Shown here one piece after another: positions 1-8,093 of a stretch of 11,261 nt of DNA. This stretch comes from Octopus sinensis. Taxonomy: Eukaryota. The stretch lies in contig NW_021827047.1 in the NCBI RefSeq assembly GCF_006345805.1, positions 1 through 11,261 of the forward strand. Direction: 5' to 3'. Position 1 is the first letter of the stretch, and each line of letters opens with the position of its first letter. Under the pieces are notes generated by a model that saw only the letters and a program-made list of their open reading frames with translations, was not told the DNA's origin and did no database searches. Both the position numbers and the translations under genes were made by a program.

Positions 1-672
1 GTGACATGGGCATTGTCATGCATGAAGATGGGTGGTCGCTTAGTTGAATTTCTCAGCACAGGCAAGACATGATCTTTTACAATTGTTTATAAACTCCTGC
101 ATTTAACTTTCCATGTATCGCACCAAAGGGCCCACACCATCTCCAGATATCATTTCCCAAACCATGACACTTCCTCCACCGAATTTAACAACTAGTCTTA
201 AGGCATTTAGCAACAATTTTTCACCTACTTTTCTACGAACGTACCTTTTCCATCTGAGCCAAATAGCATAAACTTAGATTCACCACTGAAATGCACCGTT
301 TGCCATTTTTCTTGAGACCACAACACATGTTCGGTTGCTAGGTAAGACGACACTTTTATTCTTGGAGCTGATCAGTGGCTTCACTGCAGGTGCTCTTGCT
401 TGTAGGTCATGTTCAACTAAACGACGAGACACAGTTTTTAAATCTGTCTTTTTAACCAACTTTACCATAGCACGATCTTTTCCGCTTGGTCGTTTTTCTT
501 GGCCTACCTGTAAACTTTCTTGCTTCACACGAAACCACATCATCGTAGACCTTAGAATACCGTTTTCACACTTTTTGACTTGTTAACAATCTTTGCAATA
601 GATCAATACTTAAATTATCCTTCCTTCGAAGCTTAATAATCTGCTGACGAATTGTAACGGAGTAAGTGGCAT
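1..672 (-). pseudogene. Frameshifted Tc1-like (DD34E-type) transposase
   Basis: Manual translation across several frameshifts: probable ATG at 672-670, IRQQIIKLRRK, GRPRKTT (GRPR 508-497), TVSRRLVEHDLQARAPAVKPLIS, EHVLWSQEKWQTVHFSGESKFMLFGSDG, YVRRKVGEKL, VKFGGGSVMVW, GVGPLV, IFMHDNA. The first catalytic Asp is changed to Gly (GGT 284-282); the second Asp is at 17-15. The third catalytic residue would lie outside the window. Confidence 0.92.
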
Positions 673-1014
673 TATATTAACAAAGTACACTGCAAATATT
701 CTTACTAATGTTTAGTAAACGAACCGTCACGTAAACAAATTCAAAACATTAGAGTTCGCCGGTTAAATATACTAAAACACGGAGTAAAAGCAACCATTCT
801 GATCATTTTTGCCGCCATGGGTTTTGCAGTAAATCACTAAATCATCCATAACTTTTGTATTATAATCTCAAATTACACCAAAATCTCAGGCAATAACAAA
901 TAATATCGTATTTATTGTCTGTGAAAATTATAGAATAAAAAACAACTTTAATACAAAATTATATCTACTTTTCTGACGAAAACAATGCCGTTCTGAACAT
1001 TTTGGCCGCAACTG
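1..1014 (-). mobile_element. Decayed Tc1-family DNA transposon, 5' part (runs off the left edge), with IR/DR-type terminal repeat
   Basis: On minus the terminus reads TA|CAGTTGCGGCCAAAATGTTCAGAACGG (end at 1014, TA at 1015-1016), resembling the Tc1 CAGTGCTGGCCAAAA end. A 24-bp inner copy of the terminal motif at 794-817 matches 988-1011 at 20/24. A transposase relic follows on the same strand. Confidence 0.9.
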
Positions 1015-1026
1015 TATGTATATATA

Positions 1027-1460
1027 CAGGGTGGAAATTAACTAGGTATTAGAAATGGCTTATATAGAATTTTTAGTATCACTGAAGTCATGACTAAAAC
1101 ATTTTTTAAACTGACAACACTAAAGGGTATTTTTTTATTTTCCTTATTGTCTTATTGTCTTATTTCTTATTTTCCACATGGCCGATCACTTGAGTTTTCA
1201 GGAGCGAGCTAAGACAGCGGCACGCTATGAAGTGTGGAATTTCATTGTTTTGGTTCAGTATTACATGGGAAAATGTACGTAAATCTTCATATTTCAACGT
1301 AAGCAACGCTGACGTCAACCAGTTTCCTCAAACGGCCAGGGACGGAATGAACAACCTTTTGAAGGACGTCATCTGGGATGTTATTAAGAACCCCTTGAAT
1401 CCTCATCTCCAAGTCCTCAAATCTCTTGCACAACTCTTTAGTGTAACCCCAATGAAAATA
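1027..1460. mobile_element. Second, rearranged Tc1/mariner-superfamily relic (5' end on plus, transposase C-terminus on minus)
   Basis: TA|CAGGGTGG terminus at 1027. ATG at 1178 gives MADHLSFQERAKTAARYEVWNFIVLVQ, resembling a DUF4817-type HTH N-terminus (recall). Minus 1460-1287 gives YFHWGYTKELCKRFEDLEMRIQGVLNNIPDDVLQKVVHSVPGRLRKLVDVSVAYVEI*, a typical Tc1/mariner C-terminal helical region. No right TIR found. Confidence 0.72.
1287..1460 (-). pseudogene. C-terminal 57 aa of a Tc1/mariner transposase
   Basis: Open frame of 57 codons plus TGA (1289-1287). It contains (D)YFxWGY and the LExRI...IPxDxLQKxVxSxPxRLxKLVD...YVE pattern. It is absent from the ORF track because it has no start codon. 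Confidence 0.75.
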
Positions 1461-1573
1461 TTAAATGATTAAAGATATACTATTTCAGAAAGCACACACG
1501 GACGCGTAAAAACACGTGCGTATATGAATACGTGTATATGTGTGAATGTGATAGCAATTTACTATCTGGTATA

Positions 1574-1974
1574 TACTCTTTTACTCTTTTACTTGTTTCA
1601 GTCATTTGACTGAGGCCATGCTGGAGCACCGCCTTTAATCGAGCAACTCGACCCCGGGACTTATTCTTTTGTAAGCCCAGTACTTATTCTATCGGTCTCT
1701 TTTGTCGAACCGCTAGGTTACGGGGACACAAGTACACCAGCATCGGTTGTCAAGCAATGCAAGGGGGACAAACAGACACACAAACACAACACACGCATAT
1801 ATATAAATATATATATATACAAACACATATATACGACGGGCTTCTTTCAGTTTCAGTCTACTAAATCCACTCACAAGGCTTTGGTCGGCTCGAGGCTATA
1901 GTAGAAGACACTTGCCCAATGTGCCAGGCAGTGGGACTGAACGCGGAACCATGTGGTTGGTAAACAAGCTACTT
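1574..1974 (-). mobile_element. tRNA-derived SINE family A, copy 1 (first ~22 nt including the A box missing)
   Basis: Colinear with the full copy at 7321-7729. It has the B box GCGTTCAGTCCC, an internal (TA/CA) microsatellite and a 3' end GTGCTCCAGCATGGCCTCAGTCAAATGACTGAAACAAGTAAAAGAGTAAAAGAGTA. Confidence 0.93.
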
Positions 1975-2899
1975 TATTTCAAAACATTTGCCATAAAGGC
2001 AGTACACAGATTAAGTTAGCTTTGCGGGCTGGACGAGGACATTAATGAGGTGAATGATAATGAAAGAAAGATGATAAGGATGGGAGAAGACAAAAAGCGC
2101 CCGCCGACTTTCGCTTCTCTAAAACATATTTGACACCCCTGGAAATGAATTTAATTGTTGGCAAATACTCTTCCAACTCCTTTTCAATTGCCGTCTTTTC
2201 GAATAGGGCGATGGTGTCGAGTGCCTTAGAGTAGGTTCTCAACACCACCGTCCTATCTTCACGGTCTTTTAACCACTTTTTAGGTGGTATGATTTCCCAC
2301 TCCAAAATTTTGTTATTTTTCATTGCCATTTTTTTAAAAAAAATATATTCAAATTAAACTCAAAAAGCAGGAAGAAAAAAGTTCAAAAGTCCAAAAAAAT
2401 TAATAGATTTTTGAAAAAACAAAAAGGAGAAAGCACACACAAGGGAAGAATTAACGGAAAGTCGCAATAAAGAAAAAAACAAAGGGGGGGGGGGTTAAAT
2501 GAAGTTCAAAAGAAAGTTAATAAACAGAAAAAACACAGCAAAAATATTCTGGCCTTGCGGTACTCCCGGCCTGGGTTGAACCTGGAACGCCGCAACTGCA
2601 ACACAACCTCCACAAAAATGGGTCCGAAAGGTAATCCAATAGTGGCTTATTTTTATAATTTTTCTTGCGAAGTACTCTGACAAGGGAATAAATTCACACA
2701 CCCAAACACAGCACTGGCTACCGCCAACGGTAATTTTACAGTAACTGTATTGAATTTCGAGGATACGCCCTCCACTGTTTTTTCTTTTTTTTTTTTTTTC
2801 AATGAACACAAAAACGGCAGCCGCCGAGAGCAGGCGAAATGTCTCAGAGTTGGACACAACTTACTGAAATAATAATTGGTATGGTACGCAATAAATTAT
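1975..2899 (-). mobile_element. Putative internally deleted non-LTR retrotransposon (5' UTR, ORF1 start, 3' UTR-like end)
   Basis: About 570 nt of leader with A/T tracts, then an ATG preceded by six A (2329), a 95-aa ORF, a pyrimidine-rich stretch and AATAAA (1978-1973) at the junction with the SINE. The L1/Tx1-like assignment is inference; no RT or endonuclease motif is present. Confidence 0.45.
2042..2329 (-). CDS. 95-aa ORF, possibly a truncated LINE ORF1 (gag-like) N-terminus
   Basis: It is the most protein-like non-transposase ORF in the track (EDRTVVLRTYSKALDTIALFEKTAIEKELEEYLPTIKFISRGVKY) and has an A-rich start context. The last ~25 codons run into low-complexity pyrimidine-rich sequence. 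Confidence 0.4.
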   Translation of the reverse strand: MAMKNNKILEWEIIPPKKWLKDREDRTVVLRTYSKALDTIALFEKTAIEKELEEYLPTIKFISRGVKYVLEKRKSAGAFCLLPSLSSFFHYHSPH

Positions 2900-2994
2900 G
2901 CTCAATAAACACTCACAACGCCCGGTCTGGGAATTGAAACCGCGATCTTACGACCGCGAGTCCGCTGCCCTAACCGCTTGGCCATTGTGCCTCC
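2900..2994 (-). mobile_element. tRNA-derived SINE family B, head only
   Basis: Minus reads GGAGGCACAATGGCCAAGCGGTTAGGGCAGCGGACTCGCGGTCGTAAGATCGCGGTTTCAATTCCCAGACCGGGCGTTGTGAGTG, with A box TGGCCAAGCGG and B box-like GGTTTCAATTCCC. It has no proper acceptor stem and stops after about 95 nt. Confidence 0.85.
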
Positions 2995-2997
2995 AAA

Positions 2998-3414
<417 letters not shown>

Positions 3415-3738
3415 TAAGACCCCCTTCGGTCATGAGTGACCATGGTTTTGCACCTAGAGAGTTACCCTCTGAGGCACAAGTCTGGGCAAGGTTTTATTAT
3501 GGAGGACGAGTAGTCGCCCATGCATACCGGCCTCCCCTCTCCACGCCACCAGTGGTATCCAAGGGAAAGACAAAGGTCGATACAGCTTGGCACCTGTGAC
3601 GTCGCAACTCATTTCTACACTGAGTGAACTGGAGCAACGTGAAATAAAGTGTCTTGCTCAAGAACACAACACGCAGACCGGTCCGGGATTCGAGCTCACA
3701 ACCTCACGATCGTAAGCTCGACGCTCTAACCATGCGCT
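3415..3738 (-). mobile_element. tRNA-derived SINE family C with CORE-like central domain
   Basis: Head GCGCATGGTTAGAGCGTCGAGCTTACGATCGTGAGGTTGTGAGCTCGAATCCC (A box partly deleted, B box-like 3697-3685). Segment 3661-3607, TTGAGCAAGACACTTTATTTCACGTTGCTCCAGTTCACTCAGTGTAGAAATGAGT, resembles the CORE-SINE consensus GGGCAAGTCACTT...CTCAGTTTCCTCATCTGTAAAATGGG. Flanked by (TA)n on both sides. Confidence 0.8.
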
Positions 3739-3740
3739 TA

Positions 3741-3766
3741 TTATATATATATATATATTATATATA

Positions 3767-3855
<89 letters not shown>

Positions 3856-3878
3856 TATATATATATATATATATATAT
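3741..3878. repeat. (TA)n microsatellite
   Basis: Directly visible. Confidence 0.98.
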
Positions 3879-3977
3879 TTTTTATGAGGTTTTCTTTTAT
3901 GAGGTTTTCCACGCTAGCTACCCGATAATTTCTTGTTAAGATCCCTTATTAAGAGATTTATCCTTAATTGTTAACTT

Positions 3978-4059
3978 AATATATATATATATATATAAGG
4001 TATAAATATATATATATATGTATGTATGTATGTATGTATATATATATATATATTATATA

Positions 4060-4097
<38 letters not shown>
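3978..4097. repeat. (TA)n/(TATG)n microsatellite
   Basis: Directly visible. Confidence 0.97.
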
Positions 4098-4098
<1 letters not shown>

Positions 4099-4119
4099 GT
4101 GCATAATGAGAAATTATAA

Positions 4120-4345
4120 AAAATCAGAAGACGGAGACGGGTGTGTTAACGACAAACAGATGTAATAGTTTAACGTTCCGGAAGTGAAAAAGTCTTTTGC
4201 GTTTCGAGCCTACGCTTTTCGACAGAAAGGAACACGGAAATAAACAGGGAGAGAAGATAGAAAAAGGCTTGGTGGCTAGCGATCTATCATGGCGAATGCC
4301 GGACAGAAGGGTCACATAGGAGAGCTAGGAAGAAGGGGAGATAAT
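4120..4345 (-). mobile_element. Probable Penelope-like element terminal-repeat relic
   Basis: It contains a CTGNNGA-stem-GAAAC motif (4230-4194), as seen in Penelope pLTRs, within pyrimidine-rich minus-strand sequence. The family assignment is inference from the motif and recall. Confidence 0.5.
4194..4230 (-). ncRNA. Degenerate minimal type I hammerhead-ribozyme-like motif
   Basis: Minus RNA: CCUUU CUGUCGA A AAGC-GUAG-GCUC GAAAC GCA AAAG. Stem I is CUUU/AAAG and stem II is AGC/GCU with a GUAG loop. It deviates at core A6 (U here) and the cleavage triplet (GCA instead of GUH). Confidence 0.4.
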
Positions 4346-4447
4346 AAAGTAGTGATATACATACATATATGCACACACACACACACACATATATGTATAT
4401 ATGTATGCGTGTATATGTGTATGTATATATATCTATCTCTCTCTCTC

Positions 4448-4482
<35 letters not shown>

Positions 4483-4501
4483 TTTTTTTATTATCGTTTC
4501 A

Positions 4502-4632
4502 TGTTTCAGCCCAAAGGCTGAGGCGATGCTGGAGCACCACCAGTGTAAAAAAAAATGTATCCTGGCAATTTCAAAGATTTCTTTTTTACATTTGCTGTGC
4601 TCCAGCATGGCTACAGCCTTTGGGATGAAACA
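4502..4632. repeat. Inverted repeat of two retroposon 3' tips
   Basis: Arms 4502-4537 and 4597-4632 match at 32/36. Inner TGTAAAAAA.AAT tracts extend the pairing to about 4556/4577, leaving a ~20-nt loop. Each arm matches the SINE-A 3' end at 27-28/36. Confidence 0.9.
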
Positions 4633-5071
4633 CACAAAAGAATAAAAAGAATATAAATATATTTATTTACATATGTGTGTTTGTGTGCCTGTGCATACGT
4701 AAATAAGTATATACTCTCACAGGCATAATGCAACACGGAAAAATGACCTATAACGTAAAAATATAAACGGATATGTAGCTGGCACGATTTTGAGTTGGGT
4801 TTTCAACGAGCACGTGTTTGGTTACTCGGGTTTACGGGTTTACTTCTATCTGAAATAAAATAAATTGCCCATAGAACGATAACAATATAACAAATCGATC
4901 GAATGAACTATTTTTGATAGGTAAATAGATTGACGAAACTGAAATGATAAAGGCATCGTCAACTGCATAAGACAGACGTTTAACAAATTGATTATGTATG
5001 TATATTTGTAATTCAGTTCAGAAAATCTTACTTGCCTTAAAACTGGGTACTCTTGATTTAGTTTTACAAAA

Positions 5072-5096
5072 ATTATTATCATCATTGTTATCATCA

Positions 5097-5157
<61 letters not shown>

Positions 5158-5235
5158 CATCATCATTATTATTATTATCAATATTATTTATTATTATTAT
5201 TATTATTATTGTTATTGTTATTGTTGTTGTTGTTG

Positions 5236-5278
<43 letters not shown>

Positions 5279-5284
5279 TATTAT
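5072..5284. repeat. Compound trinucleotide microsatellite (ATT)n with (ATC)n and (GTT)n blocks
   Basis: Directly visible; it produces the poly-I/L/N ORFs. Confidence 0.99.
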
Positions 5285-5356
5285 ACTGGTATTTTGATGA
5301 AGCGACTGTTTACCGTGCATGTGCACTTGTCATGAAGATTTGCTCCAAAACAAACC

Positions 5357-5806
5357 ATATATATATATATATATATATAATATATAATATACGCAAACAT
5401 ATATCTATATACACATATATGCATATATGTATATACATATGTATAATATATATACATGTACATATATATATACATATACATACATATATACACACGCATG
5501 TATATATAAACATACATACATGCGTAATACACATACTCACACAGATGCAAAAACACATACACATATATACATAAATATGTATATATACAGAAGTATACAG
5601 GCTAATACGCCTGTGTTATATTACACCCACGTACAAAGCTGCGCTTAGACACATATAAGTATATTGTGTAAGTATTTTCATAAATCTGACATATAAAAAA
5701 ATATTTCTCCCTATCCCCGAGTGAAGAATTTTTTGGATTTGACAGCTTTAGAATCTCACTTGAATTTTAATAACACGAATACGATATTGTATACACTTTA
5801 TGTACA

Positions 5807-5841
<35 letters not shown>

Positions 5842-6106
5842 GTGTATATATGTATGTATATACATATATATATATATACTTCCATATAACTATACATATA
5901 TGAATACATGTATGAATTTATATGTATAGTTGTGTATGTATCACGGCGTGCGTGCACACGAACATACACATACATGCATGCATATAAAGACACACGCGCA
6001 TATGCTTATACATATATACATACATCTGTAAACATACTTATATAATTTTGTATATATGTATACACGTGTATATATACTTGGAAATATATGCATATATTTA
6101 CGTACA

Positions 6107-6147
<41 letters not shown>

Positions 6148-6275
6148 CATATTTACACACACATATATAAATTAATATGCAGGCGTATGTATATTTGTGT
6201 TTATGTATAATACGGGCTTTTGTTTTGCTCTGTATGTATATTCGTGAGCGTATGACTGCGTCTGCATGTGTGTGT
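5357..6275. repeat. Degenerate TA/CA/TG/TACA low-complexity region
   Basis: Mixed microsatellites interspersed with short unique segments (e.g. ~5600-5790). Confidence 0.85.
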
Positions 6276-6476
6276 GTATATAAGTGTTTCTTTGCAGGTC
6301 TGCGCATATGTGTGCTTATGTGTGCACGCACGTAAACCGATGTCACCTCTCTGTAAAAATGTTTGCGAAGCATCTTCTGTATTTCAGTCATTTTGTTTAA
6401 AACTTCAACATGTCTTTAAAACAATATACTATAATAAATATATATACTATATATAATATACAATATAGTATACATA

Positions 6477-6515
<39 letters not shown>

Positions 6516-6724
6516 TATATATAATATATATATCATTAAGTAGATACGAGTTGACCTAAGGAGTCGAATCATTATTACATTTACTCACGTGTATTTACTT
6601 TTGATATGTTTGTGTGTTTGGGGAGTGTATGCATATGTATGTTAAGTATGTATGATGGGTGTATGTTTACATAAAGGAATATGTATCAATATCTATCTAA
6701 TATATTAATGAGTTTGTCGGTGCG

Positions 6725-6738
6725 TGTGTGTATATATA

Positions 6739-6798
<60 letters not shown>

Positions 6799-6836
6799 TA
6801 ATATATATATTATATATATATATATATACATATATA
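6725..6836. repeat. (TG)/(TA)n microsatellite
   Basis: Directly visible. Confidence 0.97.
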
Positions 6837-6955
6837 TACTCTTTTACTCTTTTACTTGTTTCAGTCATTTGACTGTGGCCATGGTGGAGCATCGCTTTTA
6901 GTCGAGTAAATCCACTCCAGGACTTATTCTTTGTAAGCCTAGTACTTATTCTATC
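6837..6955 (-). mobile_element. SINE family A, 5'-truncated 3' fragment (~120 bp)
   Basis: TACTCTTTTACTCTTTTACTTGTTTCAGTCATTTGACTG...GGACTTATTCTTTGTAAGCCTAGTACTTATTCTATC is colinear with the 3' end of the other copies. Confidence 0.92.
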
Positions 6956-7320
6956 TATTACTTACCTCTCCGCAAAAAAATCCCTGATATTATTTAATTT
7001 GCTTTGCGGGAAGGACTGTTTCAACGAAGTCATGTCAGTTGCCATTACCTACGAAACACAGAGTAGTCGAAACAGGGGCAACTGAAGAAGAGGAGTTTTC
7101 CTTGTGTTTTATGTCTTGTACTCTGTTCTTTCGTTGTTTGAAAAACGTCCCTTTCCATGTTTTTGTTTTTATGTTTTCGTTTCTCATTGTCTTCTACGTT
7201 TTTTGGTGTCCTGTACCCATATATACATGAATATATACATATAGATGTAGGTATGTACATATATGTATGTATATATGCATATGTCTTATTTATTATTTTG
7301 TTATTATATATATATATATA

Positions 7321-7729
7321 GGCGCAGGAGTGGCTGTGTGGTAAGTAGCTTGCTAACCAACCACATGGTTCCGGGTTCAGTCTCACTGCGTGGCCCCTTG
7401 GGCAAGTGTCTTCTGCTATAGCCCCGGGCCGACCAATGCCTTGTGAGTGGATTTGGTAGACGGAAACTGAAAGAAGCCTGTCGTATATATGTATATATAT
7501 ATATATATAAGTGTGTGTGTATATGTTTGTGTGTCTGTGTTTGTCCCCCTAGCATTGCTTGACAACCGATGCTGGTGTGTTTATGTCCCCGTCACTTAGC
7601 GGTTTGGTAAAAGAGACCGATAGAATAAGTATTGGGCTTACAAAGAATAAGTCCCGGGGTTGATTTGCTCGACTAAAGGTGGTGCTCCAGCATGGCCGCA
7701 GTCAAATGACTGAAACAAGTAAAAGAGTA
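7321..7729 (+). mobile_element. SINE family A, full-length copy
   Basis: A box TGGCTGTGTGG (7331-7341), B box GGTTCAGTCTC (7374-7384), central domain, internal (TA)/(TG) tract, 3' stem-loop CAGTC-AAAT-GACTG (7699-7712) and AAGTAAAAGAGTA tail. Flanked by (TA)n. tRNA-derived SINEs (OK/OR families) are known in octopus; I cannot say which family this is. Confidence 0.95.
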
Positions 7730-7751
7730 TATATATATATATATATATAGA

Positions 7752-7972
7752 TACTCTTTTACCCTTTTACTTGTTTCAGTCATTTGATTATGACCATGCT
7801 GGAGCACCGCCTTTAGTCAAGCAAATCCACCCCAGGACTTATTCTTTGTAAGCCAAGTACTTATTCTATCGGCCTCTTTTGCCGAACCGTTAAGGTACGG
7901 GAACGTAAACACACCAGCATCGGTTGTCAAGCGATATTGGAGGGACAGACATATACACACAACATGCACACA

Positions 7973-8034
<62 letters not shown>

Positions 8035-8093
8035 CATATATATACGACAGGCTTCTTTCAGTTTCTGTGTAACAAATCCACTCACAAGGCTTT
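7752..8093 (-). mobile_element. SINE family A, copy lacking the tRNA head
   Basis: Colinear with 7435-7729 in reverse orientation, with an expanded internal (TA)n. It ends at CACTCACAAGGCTTT. Confidence 0.93.

Noticed and set aside
335-586. 83-aa plus-strand ORF
   Set aside because: It is the antisense shadow of the minus-strand Tc1 transposase relic.
1227-1472. 81-aa plus-strand ORF
   Set aside because: It is antisense to the recognisable transposase C-terminus at 1460-1287 and crosses the inversion junction.
2900-2994. tRNA gene calls for the A/B-box sequences (also 3685-3738, 7321-7390, 10720-10791)
   Set aside because: None has a complete cloverleaf or acceptor stem, and most continue into repeated SINE bodies.
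4289-4645. Opposite-strand ORFs sharing a PKA.AMLEH..CKK peptide
   Set aside because: The similarity is a direct result of the DNA palindrome at 4502-4632.
4846-6162. Many ORFs with poly-I/L/N or IY/CV/HT repeats
   Set aside because: They are translations of (ATT)n, (TA)n and (CA)n microsatellites, which lack stops in some frames.
6325-6415. Possible minus-strand exon HVEVLNKMTEIQKMLRKHFYRE
   Set aside because: The acceptor would be a weak AAG, the donor GTGACA is mediocre, and I recognise no homology.
7047-7095. Second hammerhead candidate (GAAAC motifs and CTGAAGA)
   Set aside because: The CUGANGA core is missing before the hairpin, no GUH follows the second GAAAC, and a type II fold would need a very weak stem I. 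Too many changes must be assumed.
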